Shown here: piece after piece, positions 1 to 9,714 of the stretch | Layout of the letters: every line of letters starts with the position of its first letter | Position numbering within the stretch: the stretch's first letter is position 1 | Assembly (NCBI GenBank): GCA_965208575.1 | Contig: CBDBOV010000004.1 | Coordinates: forward strand, 704,001 to 768,000 | Reading direction: 5' to 3' | DNA from: Spirochaetia bacterium | GTDB lineage: Bacteria; Spirochaetota; Spirochaetia; SZUA-6; Bin103 | Length of the DNA: 64,000 nucleotides | Translations under genes and position numbers: made by a program | Notes under the pieces: model-generated | Told to the model about the DNA's origin: nothing | Database searches by the model: none | Seen by the model: only the letters and a program-made list of their open reading frames with translations

Positions 1-487
1 GCTGCAGGCAATGCTGCATGCGCCGGTCGCCGCGCTCACGGCACGCGCGCGGGCCATCGTGCGCCGTCTGCCGGCCACCCTGCGAGCGGCAGCCACCGAC
101 TGCACGAGCCGTCTTGGCGGCGGCACCCTGCCCGTGGCGACGCTGCCGTCCGCCGGCATCGCCATCGCGCAGCCCGGCGGCAGCGCCGACGCCCTCGCCG
201 CCGCGCTGCGCCGCACCACCCCGCCGGTGATCGGCCACATCCACCGCGACCGGATCGTGCTCGACCTGCGCACCGTCCCGCCGCACGATGACGAAGCGTT
301 GACGGCGGCGCTCACTTCGGCCGCGACCGCGCTGACTCCGGCGCCGGCCGTCGACGCACAGCATGAGACGCCGCCCGTTCCGGAGGCGCCGCCGCGGGAG
401 CACGGCGCTGCGGCTCCGCCGGCGCCGGGCGGTGCCCCGACGGCGAACCCGGCGGGCGCCGCAGGCGCGGCAGTTCGGCGGCAATGA
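1..487 (+). CDS. selA: L-seryl-tRNA(Sec) selenium transferase, C-terminal part (truncated by window start)
   Basis: C-terminal SelA motifs (GGGTLP...LPS; PPVIGHIHRDRIVLDLRTV); ATGA overlap with selB; Pro/Ala-rich tail. Confidence 0.85.
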   Translation, partial: LQAMLHAPVAALTARARAIVRRLPATLRAAATDCTSRLGGGTLPVATLPSAGIAIAQPGGSADALAAALRRTTPPVIGHIHRDRIVLDLRTVPPHDDEALTAALTSAATALTPAPAVDAQHETPPVPEAPPREHGAAAPPAPGGAPTANPAGAAGAAVRRQ

Positions 488-2442
488 GGACGCATCACTA
501 CATCGCGGCTACCGCCGGCCACATCGACCATGGCAAGAGTTCGCTGGTGCAGGCTCTGACCGGCACCAACCCCGACCGGTTGCCGGAGGAGAAGCGGCGC
601 GGCATTACCATCGAACTCGGTTTCGCGCACCTGGAGCTGCCGATGCCGGAACAAGACCTCACCCTGTTGGTGGGGATCGTGGACGTGCCGGGGCACGAGG
701 ATTTCGTCAAGAACATGGTCGCCGGCATGGGTGCCGTGGACGTCGCCTTGCTCGTGGTGGCTGCCAATGAGGGCTGGATGCCGCAGACCGAGGAGCACCT
801 GCAGATCGTCGAGTACCTCGGCGCGCGCTCCGGTGTGGTCGTCCTCACCAAGGCGGACCTGGTCCCGGACCCGGCGCCGCGGGTGGCCGAGATCCGCACC
901 GCGGTGGCCGGCAGCGGCTTCGCGGACTGCCCCATCGTTCCGGTTTCGGTGGTCGACGGCACCGGGCTCGACGCGCTGCGCACGGCGGTCGGCGCCCAGT
1001 TGCAGTCGCTGCCTCCCGAGCCGCCCGCGGGCACGCCGCGCCTCGCGGTGGACCGCGCGTTCGCCGTGGCCGGCGCCGGCACGGTCGTCACCGGCACGCT
1101 CTCCGGCGGCTCTCTGCGGCGCGGCCAGGAGGTGGAGGCGTGGCCGGGCGGGGCGCGCGCCCGCATCCGCGGCGTGGAGAGCTTCAACCGATCCGCCGAC
1201 CGTGCCGGCCCCGCCACCCGCGTCGCCCTGAACCTCGCCGCCACCGGCTCCTCGCGCGCGGCTCGCCGCCCGCGTCGCGGCGACCTGATCACCCCGCCGG
1301 ACAGCGTGACCGCAACCGCATACGTCGATGCGCTGGTCGCATGCAGCCCGCGAGGCGGCTCCGAACGCGCCGCCCCGCTGCTGCGCGACGGACTCCGCGT
1401 GCGCGTGCATCACGGCACCGCCAACGTGCCCGGCACCGTCCGCCTGCAGGCGGACCACCCGCGCGGCGGCCTGCAGCCCGGCACGTCCGCCCTGGCACGG
1501 ATTCACCTGGACGAGCCGCGCGCCCTGCTCATCGGCGACCGCTTCGTGCTGCGCGACTGGTCACAGCGCCACACCCTGGCCGGCGGCGTGGTGCTCGATC
1601 CGGCGCCGCCCCGACCGCTGCGCGACCGCGTGCAGCGCGCGCAGTTGCAGGCCATCGGCGACGCCCCGCGGCAGGTCGCACCTATCCTCCTGGCACGCAC
1701 GGCGGGCGACGCCATGGTCGCGCTGCCGGAGTTTGCCCGGCTCGTACCCGTTGCCCCGGCCGAGCTGGAGCGCACCGCGAACACGCTCGCCGCGGACCGT
1801 CGGCTGCAGGTGTTCGACCGGTTCGCCGCCAATGCCGAGTGGTTCGACGGCCAGGTGGCGGCCGCCGCGGAAGCAATCGATGCCGAACTGCGCGAACACC
1901 CCGAACGCCCGGGGGTTCCGGTTACGGCGCTGCACGCGGTGGTTGCGCCGCCGGCGGGCACCATCCCCCGGCGCGCGGCCGGCGCCCTGCGCGATGCCGT
2001 CCTCGCCGTGTTGGCGGCACGCGGCTATCGCCGCTCGGGAGCGCTGATCCGCCCGCCCGGTCATGCGGCGGCTCTGCCGGCGCATCTCGCGCGGGCGGCG
2101 GAAGCAATGCGCACCACCCTGGCCGCGGCGCCCCTGGCACCGCCGAGCCGCGGTCAACTCGCACCTGACCGGACGGGTCAGGCGATACTCGAATACCTGG
2201 TCAATTCGGGCGAGGTGGTGCAACTCGATAAAGACGTGGTGCTTCGCGCGGACGCCTACGAACGGGCGCGCGATGCTGTCGTTGCCCACCTGCGGCGCCA
2301 CCGCGCAGCCACCACCAGCTCCCTGCGGACGGCGATCGGCGCCAATCGCCGGGTCATCATTCCTTTGCTCGAACGGCTCGACCGCGACGGCGTGACGCTA
2401 CGCGTCGGTAACGAACGCCGCCTCGCGACCCCCGGCACGTAA
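484..2442 (+). CDS. selB: Selenocysteine-specific translation elongation factor
   Basis: ATAGHIDHGKS, EEKRRGITIELGFA, DVPGHEDFVKNM, TKAD GTPase motifs; C-terminal winged helix (IPLLERLD...R). Confidence 0.95.
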   Translation: MRTHHYIAATAGHIDHGKSSLVQALTGTNPDRLPEEKRRGITIELGFAHLELPMPEQDLTLLVGIVDVPGHEDFVKNMVAGMGAVDVALLVVAANEGWMPQTEEHLQIVEYLGARSGVVVLTKADLVPDPAPRVAEIRTAVAGSGFADCPIVPVSVVDGTGLDALRTAVGAQLQSLPPEPPAGTPRLAVDRAFAVAGAGTVVTGTLSGGSLRRGQEVEAWPGGARARIRGVESFNRSADRAGPATRVALNLAATGSSRAARRPRRGDLITPPDSVTATAYVDALVACSPRGGSERAAPLLRDGLRVRVHHGTANVPGTVRLQADHPRGGLQPGTSALARIHLDEPRALLIGDRFVLRDWSQRHTLAGGVVLDPAPPRPLRDRVQRAQLQAIGDAPRQVAPILLARTAGDAMVALPEFARLVPVAPAELERTANTLAADRRLQVFDRFAANAEWFDGQVAAAAEAIDAELREHPERPGVPVTALHAVVAPPAGTIPRRAAGALRDAVLAVLAARGYRRSGALIRPPGHAAALPAHLARAAEAMRTTLAAAPLAPPSRGQLAPDRTGQAILEYLVNSGEVVQLDKDVVLRADAYERARDAVVAHLRRHRAATTSSLRTAIGANRRVIIPLLERLDRDGVTLRVGNERRLATPGT

Positions 2443-2464
2443 CGGCTGCCACCGTAGCGCTGCA

Positions 2465-2749
2465 TCACTCCGCGGCGTTGCGGTGTTCAAACTCCTCGAA
2501 GAACCTCTGCGCGCGAACTCCGCGTCCGGCGCGGGCCTGATCGAGCCCTTTGCGGATACCGGCGACCGCGGCTGCGTAATCGAGTTGATCCTGAACCTCC
2601 TGCCACGCCTGCGCGTCCATGACGACCAGCGCCGGTCTGCCGTTCACGGTCAGCACGGAGGGTCGGCCCGTGTCCTTGAGGCGAGTCAGAAAGCGCGCGG
2701 TGTCGCGCTTGAACTCGGTCAGCGGGCGAATGTCCTTGGTGATATCCAT
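2465..2749 (-). CDS. Phd/YefM-family antitoxin (no adjacent toxin)
   Basis: DIRPLTEFKR...PSVLTVNGRPALVVMD; SD-like GAGGGGG upstream. Confidence 0.85.
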   Translation of the reverse strand: MDITKDIRPLTEFKRDTARFLTRLKDTGRPSVLTVNGRPALVVMDAQAWQEVQDQLDYAAAVAGIRKGLDQARAGRGVRAQRFFEEFEHRNAAE

Positions 2750-2813
2750 GGCACCCCCTCAGCGTCTTATTCGATGCTTATGATATGCGAATACAGCCCG
2801 TATGCCAATGCGG

Positions 2814-4454
2814 TCAGTTGTGCAGGAGTTGCGCGGCGGCCTGCTTGGCTTGCTGCAGGTCGGCCGCGAACGACTCCGCCGGCAGGCGGTCGAAGATGCC
2901 CAGGGCGGTGAGGGAGGTCTTCATCTCCGCCGACAGGCCGGCGACGATGCAGCCCTTGTCCTGGTCGAGCACGCTGCCGTTGATCAGTTCCTCCATCGCC
3001 ATCGCGGCGTTGTCGTCCATCGCCTCGGTTGCGCTGAAGTCGAAGATCACCACCTCGTGGTCTGCCAGGTCGGGGCTGATGACGCGCACGATCTCGCGCG
3101 CGGAGGCGATCGAGTAGCGGCCGCGCAGGGAGAGCAGACCAACGCGGGCGTGGAACGGATCCGCGCCGGCGGGCAGGCGATCCTCGCCGAACAGGACCAT
3201 GTCCAGGAGCGGTGTCGAGACGGTCTGGTTGATCTCCCGGTGCTGCGAGCGCATCGCGTGCGCCATGCCGGCGACGAAGAAGCCGACCGCGATGGCGGAG
3301 ATCACGTCGACAAACATGGACAGCGCCGCGGTAAGCAGGGTCACGATGCCGATCTCCGGCGACAGCCTGGGGATGCGGCGCAGGAAGCGTACGTCCATCA
3401 TGTCCCAGCCGACCTTGATCAGGATGCCGGCGAACGCGGCATGGGGGATCCATGCCAGGGTGTTGCCGAGCCCGAACAGCACGGCCAGCAGGACCGCGGC
3501 GCACACCACCCCGGTCAACGGCGTGCGTCCGCCCGACCGGGCGGCCAGCAGCGAGCAGGGCGCCGACGCCGCTCCGGGCAGCGCTCCGAGCAGCCCGGCC
3601 GCGATGTTGCCCACGCCCAGCCCGAACAGCTCGCGGTTGGGCTTGTGGGTGCGCCCCGCGATCGGATCGATGATCAGCGCCGTGAGCAGGTTGTAGATCG
3701 AGCTGAGGAACGCCAGGATCAGGGCCGGCTGGATCGCCTCCACCAGCACCGAGGTGGTGAGCACCGGAGCCTGCAGCGCCGGAATGCCGATCTCGGGCTC
3801 GCCGATGCGGGTCGCCCCATCGAACAGCAGGGCACCCGCGACCGTTGCCACGATCAGCGCGACCAGGGCGTTGGGCACCACGCGGTGCAGCTTCGCCGGC
3901 CACAGCGCGAATACCAGGAGCGACGTGGTGGCCACGGCGAACGCGTCGACGTTGAGGTTGGCCAACGCACGCGGCCAGGAAGCGATGATGGCCACCACTC
4001 CGATACCCGGCTCGACCGGCGCGCCCACGAACCACAGCGTCTGGGTCATGAAGATGTAGCCGCCCACGCCCACGAACACGCCGCGCACCACCGAGAACGG
4101 CAGCCAGTTGATGAACCGGCCGAGGCGCAGCGCGCCGAACACGATCTGCATGAAGCCGGCCATCATCATGATCGTGAACGCCTCCGCCATGCTGTCCGCG
4201 TAGGTGCCAATGATCGCCGCCGTAAAGATGGTCACGATCGCGCTCGGACCGGAGATCATCGGAGCGGCCCCGCCGAGCACCGCGGTGAACAAGCCGACCG
4301 CGATCGCGCCGTAGAACGCCGCCACCGGCCCGAGCCCGGACAGCACGCCGAACCCGAGCGCCACCGGCACCATCATCACCGCCGCAACGATGCCGCCGAA
4401 CACGTCCCCTTTCAGGTCACTCAGGCCGTACGTCCGCCGATTGCCGCCACGCAT
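2814..4454 (-). CDS. SulP-family inorganic anion transporter with STAS domain
   Basis: GDVFGGIVAAVMMVPVALGFG, ISGP motif, many TM segments, C-terminal STAS (VIFDFS). Confidence 0.9.
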   Translation of the reverse strand: MRGGNRRTYGLSDLKGDVFGGIVAAVMMVPVALGFGVLSGLGPVAAFYGAIAVGLFTAVLGGAAPMISGPSAIVTIFTAAIIGTYADSMAEAFTIMMMAGFMQIVFGALRLGRFINWLPFSVVRGVFVGVGGYIFMTQTLWFVGAPVEPGIGVVAIIASWPRALANLNVDAFAVATTSLLVFALWPAKLHRVVPNALVALIVATVAGALLFDGATRIGEPEIGIPALQAPVLTTSVLVEAIQPALILAFLSSIYNLLTALIIDPIAGRTHKPNRELFGLGVGNIAAGLLGALPGAASAPCSLLAARSGGRTPLTGVVCAAVLLAVLFGLGNTLAWIPHAAFAGILIKVGWDMMDVRFLRRIPRLSPEIGIVTLLTAALSMFVDVISAIAVGFFVAGMAHAMRSQHREINQTVSTPLLDMVLFGEDRLPAGADPFHARVGLLSLRGRYSIASAREIVRVISPDLADHEVVIFDFSATEAMDDNAAMAMEELINGSVLDQDKGCIVAGLSAEMKTSLTALGIFDRLPAESFAADLQQAKQAAAQLLHN

Positions 4455-4549
4455 GTACCGGCATCATCCCCTGCTTTGCGCACGTCCTGCAAAGCGCATG
4501 GCGTCGAGGCCTGGTGGCGGTTTCGCGCATTTGGCTTATTCTTGCACCC

Positions 4550-4771
4550 ATGGAGTTTCAGCGGATTTCCATCAACCCGAAAGTCTGCGATGGCAAGGCA
4601 ACGGTCAAAGACACTCGCATGACGGTCGAGTTCGTCCTGAGGCTGTTGGGAGCCGGGTATACGGCGCATGACGTAGTCCACGAGTACCCGATTCTGGAGC
4701 TTGCCGATGTCTACGAGTGCGCGTCATACGGCGCTTGGCTGGCAAGCGGTAACCCCGTTTCCGTAGGATGA
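4550..4771 (+). CDS. DUF433 protein (putative antitoxin)
   Basis: RISINPKVCDGKATVKDTRMTV...EYPIL pattern; start refined to ATG 4550. Confidence 0.85.
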   Translation: MEFQRISINPKVCDGKATVKDTRMTVEFVLRLLGAGYTAHDVVHEYPILELADVYECASYGAWLASGNPVSVG

Positions 4772-5006
4772 GGTTGATCTCCGACATCCACATTTCTCCT
4801 CGCACTGTTCAGTTCCTCAACTCGATTGGGCACGACGTCATCTCGATACTATCGGTCTTGCCTCCGAACGCTCCGGACCGGGACATCGTGCGAACGTGAA
4901 TGTACGATTGCGCGAAGTCCTCCCCACCTTGGAGGGCACCGTAGCTGAGGGATTCATCGCGACGGTCGATAACACCAGGACCAGGACGCGGAGGCTGCCA
5001 CTGTAG
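4768..5006 (+). pseudogene. DUF5615 PIN-like toxin, internally deleted and frameshifted
   Basis: ATGA-coupled ORF MRLISDIHISPRTVQFLNSIGHDV...APDRDIVRT* (stop 4897-4899); C-terminal part VNVRLREVLPTLEG...RTRRLPL* continues in another frame; central segment missing. Confidence 0.75.
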
Positions 5007-5101
5007 TGAGGACTCGCCGCCGGCTGGCTCCGAGCCCCGCTGGAGCTTCCCCGCGCATAATGTGGGCCGCTCACGTAATCTGCCGCCCGTCTCGCTGAGG
5101 C

Positions 5102-5146
5102 GGGAAAACATTTCCCACCCTTGCCGTGAGCGGGAACTATTCGCCC
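5102..5146. promoter_or_regulatory. Putative tandem enhancer (UAS) sites for a sigma54 activator
   Basis: Palindrome GGGAAA-aca-TTTCCC (5102-5116) and imperfect GGGAAC-tat-TCGCCC (5132-5146), 30 bp apart, upstream of a -24/-12 site. Confidence 0.55.
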
Positions 5147-5211
5147 GCGAGGGCCACGCCGCGGGAACCCCGTTGCCGACAAAGAACTGTGGCGAGGCAG
5201 GAATCCGCGGT

Positions 5212-5227
5212 TGGCACACTTTCTGCT
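5212..5227 (+). promoter_or_regulatory. Sigma54 -24/-12 promoter
   Basis: TGGCACactttCTGCT with exact GG-N10-GC spacing, upstream of genes that include an NtrC-type activator. Confidence 0.75.
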
Positions 5228-5297
5228 TATTCGTGGTATCCCGCGATGGAAGGACCATCGCAATCAAGCACTACCGCAACAGCGGAGGAGGAATACC

Positions 5298-5870
5298 ATG
5301 AGTATTCGCAAGTACAAGAAGAGCGTGATCGCCGGATGCGCGGCCGTGGCCGCGGCGCTCGTCGTCCTGCCGGCAGCGGCCCGTACCTGGCACGGCATGT
5401 GGAGCAACGACGCCGAAACCGGCGCCCTGGTGGCCACCGTGGACCCGGACGGCCCCTCGGCGCACGCCGGCTTGCAGCGCGGCGACATCATTCTCGATGT
5501 CGACGGCGTCACGATCGAAAATCACCGCGATTTCCTCGCGGCGATCAGCGAGAACGGTGTCGACGACACCCTGAGGGTGGCTCTGCGGCGCGGCAACGAG
5601 TCGGTGTCCCTCGACCTGACGGTCGGCGAGAACGAGCGCGGCCCGTATCTCGGTCTGCTGCTCGTGCCCGGCGGCGCCGGGGCGTTCCGGGCGGAGACCT
5701 TCGGCGACCTGCGGGAGCGTCGTTCGCGCGGCAACCGTGCATGGCGCGGCGACCGCTCTTCCGGCGGCCGCGGCATGGGCCGCGGCGGCTGGCACCGCGG
5801 CGCTGCCGGGGTCAAGGGTCAGGAAGCTCAGCAGCAGAACACCGCCGCAACCGTGGGCGGCTCGGCGTAG
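5298..5870 (+). CDS. Exported PDZ-domain protein with Gly/Arg-rich C-terminus
   Basis: Strong SD GGAGGAGG; signal peptide-like N-terminus; PDZ motif GALVATVDPDGPSAHAGLQRGDIILDVDG. Confidence 0.85.
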   Translation: MSIRKYKKSVIAGCAAVAAALVVLPAAARTWHGMWSNDAETGALVATVDPDGPSAHAGLQRGDIILDVDGVTIENHRDFLAAISENGVDDTLRVALRRGNESVSLDLTVGENERGPYLGLLLVPGGAGAFRAETFGDLRERRSRGNRAWRGDRSSGGRGMGRGGWHRGAAGVKGQEAQQQNTAATVGGSA

Positions 5871-5977
5871 CGGGCAACGTACCATAGTCCGCACCGCGGG
5901 ATGGCGGCCACCTTCGGCGCCATCCCCGGTTTCGTTTGCGCGGCATCCGTGCTTGAATGGCGGGAGAGCGACACACC

Positions 5978-7216
5978 ATGAGACAGCCGACACGAGGCGC
6001 ACGGCTCGGCTTCGGCATAGCGCTGGCCGCGTTCGCCGCGGTCAGCCTGCTGGCCACCCTCTCCCTGCGCGGCGAGCGCGAGCGCAACCGGTTGCTGGCG
6101 CAGTACGAGGCGGAACGGATCGCCTCCGGGCTGTTCCTGATCGTCGCCCAGGCGGCGGCCGGTGCCGAGGTCGACGCCTCGCTCACCGACCCGATCGTGC
6201 GGGCCGCCACCTACGACGCCGCCGGCCGCGTCGAGCCGATTCGCATCGGCGCCGTGCCGCCGAGCATCGATCCTCAGCTCCTGCAACCGGGCCAGGATCG
6301 CTTCGACTACGATCCGGCGCAGCGCACCCTTACCCTCTTTCGCCGCCGCTGGCTGCCCGACAACATGCGCGCCCGCGGCGCCTCCCGCCGCGGCGGGAGG
6401 CGCCCGGGCGGCCACGAATACGTCCTCCTGGAGATGGATGCCACCGACTACTTCCGCACCGACCGCCGGTTGCGTGCCGCCCAGATCGGAAGCCCCTTGC
6501 TGATCGCGGCGGTCGTGGGCGGCGGCGCCGTGCTGATGCGCAACAATGCACGCTTCCGGCGCCGCCTCGACGCCCAGCGCCAGCTCGTGGAACTGGGCGA
6601 GGCGGCGCGCACGCTGACCCACGAGATCAAGAATCCGCTTAGCGCGATCCGCCTCAAGACCGCCATCCTGCGGCGCACCGCGGGCGGCGGTGCCACCGCC
6701 GACCTGCAGGTGATCGACGACGAGGTAAACCGCCTGGCGCTGCTTGCCGACCGGGTGAGCGAGTTCATTCGAGACCCGGCCGGCAACCGCGCACCGATCG
6801 ACCTGGGGCCGCTGCTCGACGCCCTGACCGAACGCCATCCGGCGCTTGAGGTGCAGCGCCCCGAGGCTCCGCTGACCGTGCGCTTCGACCGCGAGCGGCT
6901 GCGCTCGGTGCTCGACAACCTGGTGCTCAATGCCCTCGAGAGCAGGGTGGATTCGGCTCCCGTCGAGGTAGTGGCGGAGGCGACCGCCCGTACCGCGACC
7001 GTGCGCATCCTCGACCGCGGCGCCGGCATCGCCGCAGGCGAGCGCGAGCGCGTGTTCGACCCCTTCTTCACCACCAAGCCGAAGGGCTCCGGCATCGGCC
7101 TGGCGATCTGCAGGCGATTCGTGCAGGCCGCCGGCGGCACCCTGCAGTTGCGCCCACGCGCCGGCGGCGGCACCGAGGCGACAGTCACCCTGGCGCGGGA
7201 GCGGCCGGCGCCATGA
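5978..7216 (+). CDS. Sensor histidine kinase
   Basis: Two TM segments; H-box LTHEIKNPL; N box NLVLNA; G1 DRGAGI; F box FDPFFTTK; G2 GSGIGL. Confidence 0.95.
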   Translation: MRQPTRGARLGFGIALAAFAAVSLLATLSLRGERERNRLLAQYEAERIASGLFLIVAQAAAGAEVDASLTDPIVRAATYDAAGRVEPIRIGAVPPSIDPQLLQPGQDRFDYDPAQRTLTLFRRRWLPDNMRARGASRRGGRRPGGHEYVLLEMDATDYFRTDRRLRAAQIGSPLLIAAVVGGGAVLMRNNARFRRRLDAQRQLVELGEAARTLTHEIKNPLSAIRLKTAILRRTAGGGATADLQVIDDEVNRLALLADRVSEFIRDPAGNRAPIDLGPLLDALTERHPALEVQRPEAPLTVRFDRERLRSVLDNLVLNALESRVDSAPVEVVAEATARTATVRILDRGAGIAAGERERVFDPFFTTKPKGSGIGLAICRRFVQAAGGTLQLRPRAGGGTEATVTLARERPAP

Positions 7217-8541
7217 GAGTACTGGTGGCCGACGACGAACCCAATATCCGCGACTCGCTGCGCCGTTTGCTGGAGTTGGAGGGCAACGAGGTGGTCGCCG
7301 CCGACAACGGCCTTGCCGCCCAGCGGCGCATGCAGGAGGAGCCGTTCGGCGCCGCCATCGTCGACCTGAAGATGCCGGGCATGGACGGCCTGGAGCTGCT
7401 GCGCTGGATCCGCATCGAGCGGCCGCGGCTGCCGGTGATCATGATCTCCGCTTACGGCGAGGTGACCGACGCCGTCACCGCCATGAAGCTGGGTGCGCAC
7501 GACTACGTGGTGAAGCCGTTCGATCCCGAGGAGCTGGTGCTGCGGCTCGCCAAGCTGGTGGAAGCTCAGGCGCTGCGCGACCACGCCGAGGTGGCCAGCC
7601 GCGGCGCTGCCGAATCGCCGCCGGAGCTCGGCGACAGCCCGCCCATGACCGCCATCGCCGAGCTGTTGCGCAAGGTCGCGCCCACCCCCGCCACGGTGCT
7701 GATCACCGGCGAGAGCGGCACCGGCAAGGAAGTGGTGGCGCGCACGCTGCACCACCACTCGCGGCGCTCCGGACCGTTCATCCCGGTCAACTGCGGCGGC
7801 ATCCCCGATGCCCTGCTGGAGAGCGAGCTGTTCGGCTACGAGCGCGGCGCGTTCACCGGCGCCGCGCAGCGCAAGGTCGGCATGTTCGAGCTGGCGGCCG
7901 CGGGCACCCTGTTTCTGGACGAGATCGGCGAGATGCCGGGACCGTTGCAGGTCAAGCTGTTGCGCGCCGTGCAGGACCGCCGTATCCAGCGCCTGGGCGC
8001 CACCGCGCCGATTCCGATCGAAACGCGCCTGGTCGCCGCCACCAACCGCGACCTGGAGCGGGAGGTAGCGGCCGGACGGTTCCGCGAAGACTTGTACTAC
8101 CGCCTCAACGTGGTGCGCGTGCACGTTCCGCCGCTGCGGGAACGGCGCACCGACCTGCCCCAGTTGGCGGGCCGTGTCCTGGCGCGCCTCAACCAGGCCA
8201 TGGGCCGGCAGGTACAGGGCCTCACGCCGGCGGCCCTCACCGTGCTCGGCGGCTACGGATTTCCCGGCAACGTACGCGAGCTGGAGAATATCCTGGAGCG
8301 CGCGGTGATCTTCAGCGAAGGACCGAACATCGAGGCCGCTGATCTCGACCTGGGCGAGACCGGCAATACTCCGCCCGCAAGTGCGTCCGAGCGCGCCGCC
8401 GGCACGCTGAAGGAGAACGAGCGCGCCCTGATCGCGGCCGCACTCGCCCGCTGGGAGGGCAATCGCACGCGGGCCGCCGCCGAACTGGGCATCACCCGGC
8501 GCACGCTGTTCAACAAGCTGCGCCAGTACGGCATCGACTGA
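7213..8541 (+). CDS. Sigma54-dependent response regulator (NtrC/ZraR type)
   Basis: Receiver domain (DD, DLKMP, KPF), [14 protein letters not shown], Fis-type HTH. Confidence 0.95.
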   Translation: MRVLVADDEPNIRDSLRRLLELEGNEVVAADNGLAAQRRMQEEPFGAAIVDLKMPGMDGLELLRWIRIERPRLPVIMISAYGEVTDAVTAMKLGAHDYVVKPFDPEELVLRLAKLVEAQALRDHAEVASRGAAESPPELGDSPPMTAIAELLRKVAPTPATVLITGESGTGKEVVARTLHHHSRRSGPFIPVNCGGIPDALLESELFGYERGAFTGAAQRKVGMFELAAAGTLFLDEIGEMPGPLQVKLLRAVQDRRIQRLGATAPIPIETRLVAATNRDLEREVAAGRFREDLYYRLNVVRVHVPPLRERRTDLPQLAGRVLARLNQAMGRQVQGLTPAALTVLGGYGFPGNVRELENILERAVIFSEGPNIEAADLDLGETGNTPPASASERAAGTLKENERALIAAALARWEGNRTRAAAELGITRRTLFNKLRQYGID

Positions 8542-8555
8542 CCACGCGCGGGTCC

Positions 8556-8750
8556 GAAAAAGGGCCGCCCTGACGGGCGGCCCGCGCAAGTTAGTCCGAG
8601 TGATCCCTCACTCGGACACGTATCTCACACAAACTACAACTACCTCCTCAACATGAAAGTCTCGTTGGCATGGACCGCCGCTTGCGAGGCGGCCCGGCCC
8701 GGGGTGCCGTCAACGACGCCATGCCCAGGCCCAGTCACGGGCAACGTGGA
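8556..8750 (-). ncRNA. Candidate small RNA (~195 nt)
   Basis: TTGACA at 8786-8781 with -10-like CATGTT 18 nt away; several hairpins; ends in a U-tailed terminator; no sizeable minus-strand CDS. Confidence 0.45.
8557..8583 (-). terminator. Intrinsic terminator
   Basis: Minus strand GGGCCGCCC-gtca-GGGCGGCCC-TTTTT. Confidence 0.8.
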
Positions 8751-8871
8751 AGCGCAAACATGCCGCACTGCCGCCACGGCTGTCAATCCCCTTTTTCGAA
8801 CGAGTCAACCGCTCCGATTGACAAGCGCCGGCATCCGTCATCTGCTAGCGCAAAGGGGAGGAAACCGCATC

Positions 8872-9714
8872 ATGCAGCTTGGCATATTTGCCTACACGTT
8901 CGTGCGCCCCACCGTCGAAGCGGTATTCGACGCAGTGCGCGCGCACGGCATGGCGAACACGGAATGGAACTACGTTGCCATCGCGCAGCAAGAGGTTCCC
9001 GACGAGGTCGATCCCGCGTTCGCACGGCGCGTGCGCGAGGCCGCCGCCGAACGCGGCATCTCGGTCGACTCGATCGCGGGCTACACCAACCTGGTCGATC
9101 CCGACCCGGAACGCCGGCGCGCCGGGCTGCAGCGGCTGTGCGCTCTGATCCGCAGCGCCCGCGCGCACGGCGCCGGCAAGGTCGCGCTGTGCACCGGCAG
9201 CCGCGACGCCGGCAGCATGTGGCGCTGGCACGACGGCAACGACGACGCCGACACCTGGGCCGACCTGCTCGCCTCGCTCGGCGAGTGCATCCGGGCCGCC
9301 GAGGAGGCCGACGTCACGCTGGTATTCGAGCCGGAGGTGAACAACGTCGTGCACACCGCCCGCAAGGCGCGCCGCCTGCTGGACGAGATCCGGTCCCCCC
9401 GTCTCAAGGTGGTGTTCGACGGCGCCAACATCTACCACAAGGGAGAGTTGGCCCGCCAGCGAGAGATGCTCACCGAGGCGATCGACCTGCTCGGCGCCGA
9501 CATCGCCCTCGCGCATGCCAAGGACATAGAGGAGGACGGCGACGCGGGACACGCGGCGGCCGGAACCGGCAAGCTCGACTTCGGCCACTACCTGGGCGAG
9601 TTGGCGCGTGCGGGCTACGCCGGTCCGCTGCTGATGCACGGCCTCGAGGAGCACCAGGTGCCGGACAGCGTGCAATTCCTGCGCGGCCACCTTGAGGGCC
9701 GCCGCGGGTGCTGA
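8872..9714 (+). CDS. Sugar phosphate isomerase/epimerase (xylose isomerase-like TIM barrel)
   Basis: FEPE, VFDGAN, AHAKD, GTGKLDF motifs; start refined to ATG 8872 after SD GGGGAGG. Confidence 0.85.
   Translation: MQLGIFAYTFVRPTVEAVFDAVRAHGMANTEWNYVAIAQQEVPDEVDPAFARRVREAAAERGISVDSIAGYTNLVDPDPERRRAGLQRLCALIRSARAHGAGKVALCTGSRDAGSMWRWHDGNDDADTWADLLASLGECIRAAEEADVTLVFEPEVNNVVHTARKARRLLDEIRSPRLKVVFDGANIYHKGELARQREMLTEAIDLLGADIALAHAKDIEEDGDAGHAAAGTGKLDFGHYLGELARAGYAGPLLMHGLEEHQVPDSVQFLRGHLEGRRGC

Noticed and set aside
330-487. Pro/Ala-rich SelA tail as an extra domain
   Set aside because: Low-complexity extension typical of stop-codon drift in high-GC genomes.
1-5300. tRNA-Sec (selC), selD or a selenoprotein near selAB
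   Set aside because: No cloverleaf or selD ORF was recognised. The TGA at 4897 is not followed by in-frame homologous sequence, so it is a frameshift rather than a Sec codon.
8556-8750. 6S, SRP, tmRNA or a known riboswitch
   Set aside because: No end-to-end pairing or signature motifs were recognised, and no gene lies downstream on that strand. Kept only as a candidate sRNA.
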